Notes under the pieces: generated by a model
The model's input: the letters and a program-made list of their open reading frames with translations, nothing else
The model's database searches: none
What the model was told of the DNA's origin: nothing
Source: an uncultured Thermoanaerobaculia bacterium
GTDB lineage: Bacteria; Acidobacteriota; Thermoanaerobaculia; Multivoradales; SZUA-115
Direction of reading: 5' to 3'
Assembly (NCBI GenBank): GCA_964420075.1
Contig: CAYQRE010000006.1
Coordinates: 74,793-138,792, forward strand
DNA: 64,000 nucleotides
Shown: piece by piece, positions 1 to 9,202 of the stretch
Numbering within the stretch: position 1 is the first letter of the stretch
Layout of the letters: each line of letters begins with the position of its first letter
Position numbers and translations under genes: made by a program

Positions 1-3000
1 GGCGGGCGGGGCGAGCGGAAACCAGGCACCGCCGAAGGCGCGGGAGGCCTGCCAGCGGTCGAAGCGGCGGCGACCCGGGGCCACGGGCGCCGCGGAGCGC
101 GCCGGCCGCTCGGGGACGGCCTCGGGGCGGAAGCGGCCGGCGATCCCCTGGCGCACCACGGCGAAGGCTTGGTTCGAGGCCCGGCCCTGCCAGGCGAGCT
201 CCCAGAGGCGGCGGCTGACCTCGCCGGAGGCCAGGCCGGTGGCGCGGGCGATCTCGCCCAAGTCCCGCCGCACGCTGTCCCGCCGGGTACCGTCCTGCCG
301 GGCGCTGCTGCCCGCGAAGAGAAAGTCGATCTCTTCCGCCGTGCCGGCGCTCTGCGGCTCGAGGCCCAGGAGGTCGAGGTCGGAGGCGAAGGCGAAGGTG
401 AGGCGCTCAGCGCCCGTCCCCACCCAGAGGAGCTCGCTTTCGAGCAGCAGGCTGTCGAGCCACGCGGGGTAGTAGGGCACCAGGCGGGCCGGCAGGAAAT
501 CCGCCTCCCAGGCGGCGGCCGGCGCCGGAAAGCCGAGGAGCTGCTCCAGGCGGTCCTTCAAGGCCTCGAGGTCGTCCCCGGAGTCGGTCAGGCCCTGGTG
601 AGCGGCCAGGAAGAGGGGGAGACGCGCCAGCGGCAGGGCCTCGAAGGCCGGCCGGCGGGCGGCCCGCAGGCGGCGCAGCAGCCGCTCGAGGTTCTCGGTG
701 TCGCAGATCTCCAGCAGCTCCGCGCCCTCGCGCAGGCGATCGATCACCCACAGCTGGCGGCGTTCTAGCTCGGCGAGCACCCCCGCGCCGCGCCTGGCGT
801 CGAGGCAGAAGGTGGCGGCGAGACGATCGGCCGGGAAGGGGCCATAGAAGCGCGCCCACTCGGCGAGCACGCCGGTGAGCTCGGCGTTGCCGGCCGGCCC
901 CGCCACGAGGAGCTGCGTGACGACCGCCGCCTGCCCACGGCCCAAGCGACCGCCGCCGAGCGCCGTGAGCGCCACCTCCGCCTGGCCGAGACCGAGGGCA
1001 GCGAACAGGCGAGGCAAGACATCGAGGGCCACCACCGCCGGCCCGGCGGCCGCCGGCAGCGTGACGCGGACCAGGCGCCGTTCGGCCTCGGCAAGGGTGG
1101 CGTCGAGGGAGAAGCCCTCCGTCAGACCACCGTCGCGCTCGATGGCGGCGACCAGCGCCTGCCACTCGCTTTCCGGCAGCAGCAGGCGTTCCTTCACCCA
1201 CTCGACGAGCTCCGCCGCCTCGCGCGGCGCGTAACCGGGGGCCAGGCGTTGCAGGCGAGCTTCGAGGTCGGCGACGAGGCCGGCTGGAAGAGGCGGCCGG
1301 TGGCCGGCGGAGAGCGCCACCTCCCGTAGCAGGTCGGGCCGCAGGCCGGGGCCGCGGGCGGCAAGCGGCGTGTCGTCGTCGTACATCGCCGTGTTGGTCT
1401 GCTTCCAGACCAGGCCGGCGGCGAACGGCGAGGGGGCGGCGGTGGTGGCGCGGGCCACCTGGATCTCTCCGCTCGCCAGCTCACCCAGCAGGCGCCGCAG
1501 GGCGGGCAGGTCGAGCTCGTCTTCGAGGCAGGTGCGCCAGGTCTCGACGACGAGCGGGAAGTCCCCGTAGCCGGCCACCGCCTCGAGCAGCTTCTTCGCC
1601 CGCTGGCGGTTGAGCCACAGCGGCGTGCGGTGGCGAAAGCCCGCCCGCGGCAGCAGCAGGGCGCGGCCGGCGTTCTCGCGGAAGCGGGCGCCGAAGAAGC
1701 CGGTCGACTCCAGCTTGCTGCGCAGCAGGCCCTCGATCGCACCGGGGCCCACCAGGCCGAGGAGCTCGTCGGGGTCGGCCTCGGCCGGCAGGGCAACGGC
1801 CACACAATCGTCGTCGTGCAGCACCTCGATGGGGGCCATGGGGTAGCGCTCGCTCCACGCCGCGGCGAGGGCGAGGGAGAACGGCCGGTTGACGGCGCCG
1901 CCCCAGAAGGTGTGGAGGTAGAGCTCCAGGCGATCGGGGGCGGACGGCCCGGCGAGGCGCTCGACGACGAGGCGGTAGCGGTGCGGCAACACGCCGGTCG
2001 CCGCCCGCTGGCGTTCGAGCAGCTGGACGAGCTGCGCCGCCGCCCCCTCCTCCATCGCGAAGCTCTCGACCAGGGTGGCGAGGAAAGCGGGCTTGCCGAG
2101 CTCGGCGTCCGCCAGGGCGAGGAAGCGGGCGATGCGCTCCGAGAGGTGGAAGCCGCGGTCCTGCTCGTCGGCCCGCCAGAAGGGGGCCATCGGCGCCGCG
2201 CCGCGGGCCGGGGTGACCAGCACGTCGTTGTGGGTGATCGCCTGGATGCGCCAGCTCTGGGCACCGAGCGAGAAGACGTCGCCCAGCGAGCGCTCCCAGA
2301 CAAACTCCTCGTCCAGCTCGCCGAGGCGGGCCATCGAGTCCTGGATCCGCAGGGTGAAGTAGCCGCGGTCCGGGATGGTGCCGCCGGAGAGGTAGAGCAG
2401 GCGGTCGACGCCAGGGCGGGCCCGCGCCGTGCCGGCGACGCCGTCGACGGCGATCCGCGCCTTGAGCTCGCGCAGGCGACTGTCGGCGTAGCGGCCGGCG
2501 AGCATCTCGATCACCAGGTCGAAGGCGCGGCGCGACAGGTTGCGGAAGGGGTAGGTCGAGCGCAGGAAGGCGAAGAGGGCGTCGAGCCGCCAGCTCTCCC
2601 CCACCAGCATCGAGAGCACCACCTGGGCGAGCACATCGAGAGGGTTGGCGATCGGCCGCACCTCCTCGATGTCGCCGTCGAGGACGGCGCGGGCCACCAC
2701 CGCGGCAGAGAGGAAGTCGCGTGCGAAGGTCGGGTAGATCATCCCGTGGCTGACCTCGCCCACCCGGTGGCCGGCGCGGCCCAGGCGCTGGATGGTCGAG
2801 GCGATGGTCTTCGGGGTCTGGATCAGCACCACCTCGTCGAGGTCGCCGATGTCGATCCCCAGCTCGAGGGAGCTGGTGGCCACCAGGGCCGGCAGCTCGC
2901 CGCGTTTGAGCCGCCCCTCGACCACCTGCCGCACCTCCTTGGCGAGCGAGCCGTGGTGGGAGTAGGCGAGGTCCGAGCCCTCGGCCTCGTTGACGAAGCG

Positions 3001-3882
3001 GGTGACCTTCTCGGCCAGCCGCCGGCTGTTGGTGAAGAGGAGCGTCGAGCGGTGGCGGCGGATGCGCTCCACCAGCTGCGCCGAGAAGCCCTCCCAGAAG
3101 GCCGGCGGCTCGCCCTCGGCGGCGAAGCCGGCGGGCAGCCCCACCCGCACGTCGTAGCGCTTCGGCACCGCCGAGCGCACCACGGTGATCGGTCGCGGCC
3201 GGTAGCTCGCCGCCTCGCCCTCGCCCATCATCTGGAAGCCGGCGACCAGCTGGGCGACCGTCTCGGCCGGCCGCACCGTTGCCGAGAGGGCCACCCGCTG
3301 GAACTCTCCGGCGGCGAGCCCGAGGCGATCGACGGCGGTCACCAGGTGGCTACCGCGCTTGCTGCCGGCGACGGCGTGGATCTCGTCGAGGATCACCGTC
3401 TGGAGGCCCGCGAAGAGACGACGGCCACCCTGCGAGGTGAGCAGGATGTTGAGGCTCTCCGGGGTGGTGATCAGGACCTCGGGCGGCTGGCTCAGCAGGC
3501 GGCGGCGCTCGGCGGCCGGTGTGTCGCCGCTCCGGGTGAGGGCGCGGATGCCGGGCTGGCCGGTGCCGGCGGCGGCGAAGCGCCGCGAGAGCTCGGCGAG
3601 CGGCGTGCTGAGGTTGCGCTCGATGTCGGCGTTGAGGGCCTTGAGGGGCGAGACGTAGAGCACCCGCACCCGCCCGGCCTCCCAGGCCCCGGAGAGCAGA
3701 CGGTCGAGGGCCCAGAGGAAGGCGGTCAGCGTCTTGCCGCTGCCGGTGGGCGCCACCACCAGCACATGGCCGCCGGCGGCGATCTCCGGCCAGGCGCGTG
3801 CCTGGGCGTCGGTGGGCGTGCCCACCCGCTCGCGGAACCAGGCGGCGACCAGGGGATGGAAGGCGGCAAGGGGATCGGCCAC
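1..3882 (-). CDS. lhr: Large ATP-dependent helicase, Lhr family (partial; C-terminus lies beyond the left window edge)
   Basis: Minus-strand translation gives 'AFHPLVAAWFRERVGTPTDAQARAWPEIAAGGHVLVVAPTGSGKTLTA' (Walker A), 'LITTPESL' and 'VILDEIHAV' (DExH box), and the frame stays open to position 1. The frame is absent from the ORF track, presumably because it has no stop inside the window. Start is a GTG at 3880-3882, preceded by an in-frame TAA. Confidence 0.88.
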   Translation of the reverse strand, partial: MADPLAAFHPLVAAWFRERVGTPTDAQARAWPEIAAGGHVLVVAPTGSGKTLTAFLWALDRLLSGAWEAGRVRVLYVSPLKALNADIERNLSTPLAELSRRFAAAGTGQPGIRALTRSGDTPAAERRRLLSQPPEVLITTPESLNILLTSQGGRRLFAGLQTVILDEIHAVAGSKRGSHLVTAVDRLGLAAGEFQRVALSATVRPAETVAQLVAGFQMMGEGEAASYRPRPITVVRSAVPKRYDVRVGLPAGFAAEGEPPAFWEGFSAQLVERIRRHRSTLLFTNSRRLAEKVTRFVNEAEGSDLAYSHHGSLAKEVRQVVEGRLKRGELPALVATSSLELGIDIGDLDEVVLIQTPKTIASTIQRLGRAGHRVGEVSHGMIYPTFARDFLSAAVVARAVLDGDIEEVRPIANPLDVLAQVVLSMLVGESWRLDALFAFLRSTYPFRNLSRRAFDLVIEMLAGRYADSRLRELKARIAVDGVAGTARARPGVDRLLYLSGGTIPDRGYFTLRIQDSMARLGELDEEFVWERSLGDVFSLGAQSWRIQAITHNDVLVTPARGAAPMAPFWRADEQDRGFHLSERIARFLALADAELGKPAFLATLVESFAMEEGAAAQLVQLLERQRAATGVLPHRYRLVVERLAGPSAPDRLELYLHTFWGGAVNRPFSLALAAAWSERYPMAPIEVLHDDDCVAVALPAEADPDELLGLVGPGAIEGLLRSKLESTGFFGARFRENAGRALLLPRAGFRHRTPLWLNRQRAKKLLEAVAGYGDFPLVVETWRTCLEDELDLPALRRLLGELASGEIQVARATTAAPSPFAAGLVWKQTNTAMYDDDTPLAARGPGLRPDLLREVALSAGHRPPLPAGLVADLEARLQRLAPGYAPREAAELVEWVKERLLLPESEWQALVAAIERDGGLTEGFSLDATLAEAERRLVRVTLPAAAGPAVVALDVLPRLFAALGLGQAEVALTALGGGRLGRGQAAVVTQLLVAGPAGNAELTGVLAEWARFYGPFPADRLAATFCLDARRGAGVLAELERRQLWVIDRLREGAELLEICDTENLERLLRRLRAARRPAFEALPLARLPLFLAAHQGLTDSGDDLEALKDRLEQLLGFPAPAAAWEADFLPARLVPYYPAWLDSLLLESELLWVGTGAERLTFAFASDLDLLGLEPQSAGTAEEIDFLFAGSSARQDGTRRDSVRRDLGEIARATGLASGEVSRRLWELAWQGRASNQAFAVVRQGIAGRFRPEAVPERPARSAAPVAPGRRRFDRWQASRAFGGAWFPLAPPA

Positions 3883-4069
3883 CGGGGGATCTTAGCGCCC
3901 CGGCGGCCGGCGCCCGCCTGTGCGCATTCGGTCGCGGCGCGTTCCGAAAGCGGACAGCCGGCGCTCCTCCCGCAGCGGCCGGCCACGGAACGATGGGGGC
4001 CTGGCGGCGCAATCCAGCCGCAAGCGTCGCCCCCCCTCCTGGCACAGGCCTTGCCATTCTCGCCTGGCC

Positions 4070-6487
4070 ATGGCCATCTTCCAAGACCTCCGCTTCTCGC
4101 TCCGCAGCCTGGCGAAGAGCCCGGGCTTCACGCTCGCCGCGGTCCTCACCCTGGCGCTCGGCATCGGTGCCAACACCGCCGTCTTCAGCTTCGTCAACGG
4201 AGTGCTGCTGCGGCCGCTCGCCTACCGTGATCCGGGCCGGCTCTACACCCTCTGGCTCAATCTCGAGAAGCGCGACGGGCCGCGGGCGGAGTGGGCGGGG
4301 AGGTCGCTGTTCAGCGACTGGCGGCGCGAGAACCGCAGCTTCGCCGGCCTCGCCGCCTGGGGAGGCTTCGGCGCCGAGCTCACCGGCGACGGCGAGCCCG
4401 AGAGCCTGCCGGGCCTGCGGGTCTCCCCCGCGCTGTTCGACCTCCTGGGCGTGCGGCCGGCCCTCGGTCGCAGCTTCAGCGCCGAAGAGGAGACGCCCGG
4501 TCGCGACCAGGTGGTGATGCTCACCGACGGGCTGTGGCGCCGGCGTTTCGGCGCCGACCGCAGCTTGCCGGGTAAGACGATCGAGATCAACGGCCAGTCC
4601 TTCACCGTCGCCGGTGTGCTGCCGCCGGGGTTCCGCTTCGAGCTGGAGCCGGACGCGGCGCTCTTCGCGCCCCTGCCGATCGACCCTGCTCGGGAGGACT
4701 ACGGCGCCTTCTACATCCGGGTGGTGGGCCGCCTGCGCGACGGCGTCAGCCCACTGCAGGCCCAGGCCGACCTCGACCGCGTGGCGGCCCTCCTCGGCAG
4801 CCAGCACCCCGAAGACCTCGCCGACACCGGCATCACGCTCACGCCCCTCAAGCAAAGCGTGGTCGGTGACAGCCAGGCTCTGCTCATCGCCCTCTTCGCC
4901 GCCTCCCTCTTGGTGCTGCTGATCGCCTGCACCAACGTCGCCAACCTGCTCCTGGCGCGGGCCGGGGGCCGCGAGCGCGAGCTCGCCCTGCGCAGCTCGC
5001 TCGGCGCCAGCCGCGGCCGCCTGGTGCGCCAGCTGCTCACCGAGAGCTTGCTCCTCGCCCTCGCTGGAGGCCTCGCCGGCCTGCTCTTGGGCGGCTGGGG
5101 GATGGACCTCCTGCGCTGGCTCGCCCCGCAAGGCACGCCGCGGCTCGACGAGGTGTCGCTCAACCTGACGGTGCTGGCCTTCACCTTCGCCGCCGCGCTC
5201 ACCACCGGCCTCGTCTTCGGCCTGGCACCCGCCTCAGGCCTGGTGCGCCGGCAGAGCCCGAAGAGCCTCCGCGAGGGGAGCCAGGGCGGCGGCACCCCGG
5301 GGCGCTCACGCCTGCGCTCCCTGCTCGTCGTGGGCGAGGTGGCGCTCGGGCTGGTGCTGCTGGTAGCCGCCGGCCTCCTGATCCGCTCGCTGGGAGCGCT
5401 CAGCCACGTCGATCCGGGCTTTCGCCCCCAGCAGGTGGTGAGCGGCACGCTGCTCTTCCCCAGCGCGCGCATCCCGGACGAGGCCGACCTCGTGCCACTC
5501 CTCGACCGCATGCTCGCGCGGCTGGCCGCGCGGCCGCAGGTGGAGGCGGTGGGCGCCGTTTCCGTGCTGCCCCTCTCGGGCTCGCAGACCGACATCAGCG
5601 TCGCCGTCGAAGGACGCCTGCCCAAGCCGGGCCAGGAACCGGGGACCGACTACCGCATCGTCAGCCCCGGCTACTTCGCCGCCATGGGCATCCCGCTGCT
5701 CCAGGGTCGGCTCTTCGCGGCCGAGGACGGCCCCACCGGGACCCGCACGGTGGTGGTGAGCGAGCGCTTCGTCGAGCGCTTCCTGCCCGGCGAGGACCCT
5801 CTCGGCAAGCGCGTCCGCCTGGGCGAGGTGCAGAGCGCGGAATCGCCGTGGTGGACCATCGTCGGCGTGGTAGGCGGTGTGCGCGACAACCAGCTCGACC
5901 GCGCGCCCGACCCGGAGATCTACACCTCCTTCCAACAGTTCCCCGTGCGGCGCATGACCCTGGTGGCACGGGTCGCCGGCGCCCCGGCAACGGCCCTGCC
6001 GCTGCTGCGCCAGGCGGTGGCCGATGTCGATCCCAGCCGCCCCCTCGCCCACCTCGACACCCTCGAGAACCTGGTGGCCCGCTCGCTGGCACCCACCCGC
6101 TTCGTGGCCTACCTGCTGGCGAGCTTCGCCGCCCTCGCGCTGGTGCTCGCGGCAGTGGGCATCTACGGCGTGGTGGCCCATGCCGTGGGCGAGCGCCGGC
6201 GGGAGATCGGCATCCGCATGGCGGTGGGGGCGGAGATCGCGAGCATCCTCCGCATGGTGCTCGCCTGGGGCGGGCGCTTGCTCGCCATCGGCCTCGGCCT
6301 GGGATTGCTGGCCGCCCTCGCCGCCTCTCGTCTCCTGGTGAGCCTGCTCTACGGCGTCGGCCCGGCCGACCCGGCGACCCTGGCCGTGGTCACCGGGCTC
6401 CTCGGACTCGTCGCCCTGGGGGCCTGCTACCTGCCGGCCCGTGCCGCCTCGCGGATCGATCCGGCGCTGACCCTCAAGGCCGAGTAG
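4070..6487 (+). CDS. ABC transporter permease, duplicated FtsX/MacB-like (ADOP family)
   Basis: Internal ATG of ORF 3920..6487. N-terminus 'MAIFQDLRFSLRSLAKSPGFTLAAVLTLALGIGANTAVFS' is the hallmark of acidobacterial duplicated orphan permeases. Two FtsX-type 4-TM blocks separated by large periplasmic domains. Confidence 0.85.
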   Translation: MAIFQDLRFSLRSLAKSPGFTLAAVLTLALGIGANTAVFSFVNGVLLRPLAYRDPGRLYTLWLNLEKRDGPRAEWAGRSLFSDWRRENRSFAGLAAWGGFGAELTGDGEPESLPGLRVSPALFDLLGVRPALGRSFSAEEETPGRDQVVMLTDGLWRRRFGADRSLPGKTIEINGQSFTVAGVLPPGFRFELEPDAALFAPLPIDPAREDYGAFYIRVVGRLRDGVSPLQAQADLDRVAALLGSQHPEDLADTGITLTPLKQSVVGDSQALLIALFAASLLVLLIACTNVANLLLARAGGRERELALRSSLGASRGRLVRQLLTESLLLALAGGLAGLLLGGWGMDLLRWLAPQGTPRLDEVSLNLTVLAFTFAAALTTGLVFGLAPASGLVRRQSPKSLREGSQGGGTPGRSRLRSLLVVGEVALGLVLLVAAGLLIRSLGALSHVDPGFRPQQVVSGTLLFPSARIPDEADLVPLLDRMLARLAARPQVEAVGAVSVLPLSGSQTDISVAVEGRLPKPGQEPGTDYRIVSPGYFAAMGIPLLQGRLFAAEDGPTGTRTVVVSERFVERFLPGEDPLGKRVRLGEVQSAESPWWTIVGVVGGVRDNQLDRAPDPEIYTSFQQFPVRRMTLVARVAGAPATALPLLRQAVADVDPSRPLAHLDTLENLVARSLAPTRFVAYLLASFAALALVLAAVGIYGVVAHAVGERRREIGIRMAVGAEIASILRMVLAWGGRLLAIGLGLGLLAALAASRLLVSLLYGVGPADPATLAVVTGLLGLVALGACYLPARAASRIDPALTLKAE

Positions 6488-6585
6488 GGGCACCCCGCCG
6501 CCGGGCAGAGTTCCGCCCGGACACCATCGTAGGGGCGAATGATCACCCGCCCCGCGATGTTCGCCCCGACACCATCCTTCGGACC

Positions 6586-7209
6586 CTACTCGCCGGGGTG
6601 CTGGAGGCGAAAGACCTGCGCCGCCAGAAAGCCGGCGATCAGCTGGGTGACGATGTAGATCGCGAGGTTGGTGCCGTTCAAGACGCCGAGAATGGTGATG
6701 CCGAGGCCGACGGCCGGGTTGAAGACACCGCCCGAGATGCTCCCCACGGCGTAGGCACCGGCGAGCACGGTGAAGCCGATGGCGAGGCCGTAGAAGGAGT
6801 TGTTGGCCGTGCCCTTGGCGGTGGCGACGTTGAGCACCACGTAGGCGAGGGCGAAGGTGAAGAGAAGCTCCGCGACGACCACGGGCACCAGGTCGACGGC
6901 GAGCGGCGTGGCGGCCTTGACCTTGAAGACGCCCGAAGCGAGCCCGGCGGCGAGGCCGGCGCCGACGAACTGCGCGACCCAGTACTTGACCATCTCGCCG
7001 GCCGAGATCTTGCCGCGGGCGAAGACCGCCATGCTCACCGCCGGGTTGTAATGCGCCCCGGAGATGTGGCCGCCGGCGAAGATCATCACCATCAGCACCG
7101 AGCCGATCGCCAGACCAGCCAGGGTCCCGGCGCCACCCGCGACGGCGGCCATCGACACCGTGAAGACGAGGAAGAACGTTCCGATCAGCTCTGTCACATA
7201 GTTCCGCAT
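6586..7209 (-). CDS. aqpZ: MIP-family channel (aquaporin/aquaglyceroporin)
   Basis: 207-aa hydrophobic ORF with two NPA boxes ('HYNPAV', 'FNPAV'). N-terminus 'ELIGTFFLVF' is typical of AqpZ/GlpF. Confidence 0.85.
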   Translation of the reverse strand: MRNYVTELIGTFFLVFTVSMAAVAGGAGTLAGLAIGSVLMVMIFAGGHISGAHYNPAVSMAVFARGKISAGEMVKYWVAQFVGAGLAAGLASGVFKVKAATPLAVDLVPVVVAELLFTFALAYVVLNVATAKGTANNSFYGLAIGFTVLAGAYAVGSISGGVFNPAVGLGITILGVLNGTNLAIYIVTQLIAGFLAAQVFRLQHPGE

Positions 7210-8139
7210 CGCTGAGCTCCTCCGTAAATCGACGAAAAAGGTGATATTCGGAGGAGCCTAGCACGAGGCCGGCGGGCCGGCTCGGTTCCCTGCGGCGAGC
7301 CTCCGCGGTCCAAAGACAGGCGTCCGCTGCGATGGCACTGTTCTTGCCCCCGCAGCGCTCCATCCACCACCTTGCCTCGCGCCGCATCGCGCACCCAAGG
7401 AGGACCGATGCGCTTCCGCTGGAGACGATCCAAGACCGCCCGCGCCACCCTCGGTGAACAGGGGCTGCACCGCAGCACCCTCTCCGCCGGGCTTACTCTC
7501 GCGGCCCTTCTCGCCGCCTGGCCCTTGCGGCCCAGCAGGTCGAGCTGGGCCTCGACCGCTTCCAGGAGCTGTGGGAGAGGGCCCATCCCGCGGCCGCTCC
7601 GCTGCCGCCGTCGCCACCCATCCTTGCCCTCGAAGGTGCCGAGTGTGCCCTGACCGTCGCCGGGGACACCGCACGGCTCACCACCGCCCGAGGTCCAGGA
7701 CGTCCGGGCGCTCTCCGGCGGCCTCGTCCGCGCCGAAGGAGAGCAGCGCTGGAGCTTTAGACGACCGCAGCGTCCACACCGGCACCGCGATCAGGCAGGA
7801 AGATAACGACAAGATCCCCGCCGCGCGGGACCCCTGGGCGCAGCTCCAGGCGGCGCCGGGAGTGCGCACCGACCAGATCAACGTCGGCGGCAACGAGGCC
7901 AACCAACAATCGAGCTACATCTCACCCGGCGCCAAGGTGCAGCTGCGGCCGGCGGGCTCCGGCGCCGCGGCGCGGCTGGTCCTCACCGCCGCTCTGCCAC
8001 CTCCCGAGGTGGGTGTCGAGGTGGCGATCCAGCAGCCCAAGGAGCGCAAGGGGCGACGGCGCTAGGGCGTCCGCTCACCCCGGAACGAGAAAACGGCATC
8101 GAGTAGCCTACGACCATCAACCACAAAGGGACCGTCCTC

Positions 8140-9192
8140 ATGCGCGCTCGCTCGACTCGGCCTTCGTTCTCCGCCCTGCTCCTCGCAGGGTCGCTCTTCG
8201 CCGCCGGCTGCGCCAGCGCTCCGCAGGCGCCGCCAGCAGCTGCCGGCCCCACCCTCGAAGCCAGTGCCCGGCTGTGCAACGAGGCGACGCGGGCCCTCTT
8301 CTTCGACCAGGCGGGCGTGCCGGCGAGCGACGAGCCCGTCGACCTGGTGCTCACCCCAGACGCGATCTGGGTGCTCTTCGAACCGGCAAGGCTGCTGCGC
8401 GTCGAGCGCGGCAGTGGCTCGACCGAGCTGCGCATGCTCACCGGTGACGCCGCAGAGCACTGGACGGCCCTCGCCCTCGACCCGCTCGACGGCAGCCTGT
8501 GGATCGCCGCCTCGCCGTTCCACCTCAAGCACCTGACGACCCAGCAGAGCCTCGAGACGGTGCGCCTGCCGCAGATCCTCGGCGAGGGCAGCTTCACCCA
8601 GCTGGGCCTCACCCGCGACGAGATCTGGGCCCATCCGCCGCTCGCCGAGCACGAGCTGTGGCGCTTCGACCGCACCGGCAAGCTCCTCGGCGAGGCCTTC
8701 CCCAGGAGCGCCTCCGGTGAGCAGCCGGTGACCAGCGGTGAGCTGCTGCTCGGCTCGCTGCGCCTGGAGCTCGGCCGCGACGGCCAGCTCCTCGCCTGGC
8801 GCTGGAGCGACGGCGCCGTGTTCGCAGCCGTGGGCAGCGGCGACTGGCAACCGGCCGAGGAGCCCCTCCTCGCCGCCGCGCCCCGCTTCAGTGGCATCGC
8901 CGGCACGGCCGTGGGGACTCAGCACGAGCAGTGGTTCTTCCCCAACCGCGTCCACAACCTCTTCTACCTCGGCGACGAGGCGGCGCTCCTCGGCGACGCC
9001 ACCATCCCCGCCGGCCGCGGCTGGCCGCAGACCGTCGTCTGGCTGCGCCGCGACGGCGAGGTCAAACCGGTGCTCGAGAGCTGTGCCGGCGCCGGCCGCC
9101 GCGGCCTGCTCGCCGTGCGGGCGGACGGGCGCGGCTTCGCCGGGCTCACCGACCAGGCGTTGATCGTCGGCAGCCTGGCGGCGGGTTCGTAG
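8140..9192 (+). CDS. Hypothetical lipoprotein
   Basis: ORF with signal peptide and lipobox ('LLLAGSLFAAGCASA'). AAGGGA RBS 8 nt upstream. Non-repetitive, protein-like composition. Confidence 0.6.
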   Translation: MRARSTRPSFSALLLAGSLFAAGCASAPQAPPAAAGPTLEASARLCNEATRALFFDQAGVPASDEPVDLVLTPDAIWVLFEPARLLRVERGSGSTELRMLTGDAAEHWTALALDPLDGSLWIAASPFHLKHLTTQQSLETVRLPQILGEGSFTQLGLTRDEIWAHPPLAEHELWRFDRTGKLLGEAFPRSASGEQPVTSGELLLGSLRLELGRDGQLLAWRWSDGAVFAAVGSGDWQPAEEPLLAAAPRFSGIAGTAVGTQHEQWFFPNRVHNLFYLGDEAALLGDATIPAGRGWPQTVVWLRRDGEVKPVLESCAGAGRRGLLAVRADGRGFAGLTDQALIVGSLAAGS

Positions 9193-9202
9193 AACGAGGC
9201 GC

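Noticed and set aside
1630-4230. 866-aa plus-strand ORF (and 3350..5131 −, 1194..2303 −)
   Set aside because: Low-complexity Gly/Arg/Ala/Glu-rich translation with no motifs. It lies antisense or off-frame to the Lhr helicase, whose Walker A and DExH motifs are found in a different minus-strand frame. A typical high-GC artifact.
5306-7387. 693-aa minus-strand ORF and 455-aa plus-strand ORF 5848..7215
   Set aside because: Both overlap the well-supported ADOP permease and aquaporin genes, in alternative frames with Arg/Gly/Pro-rich products.
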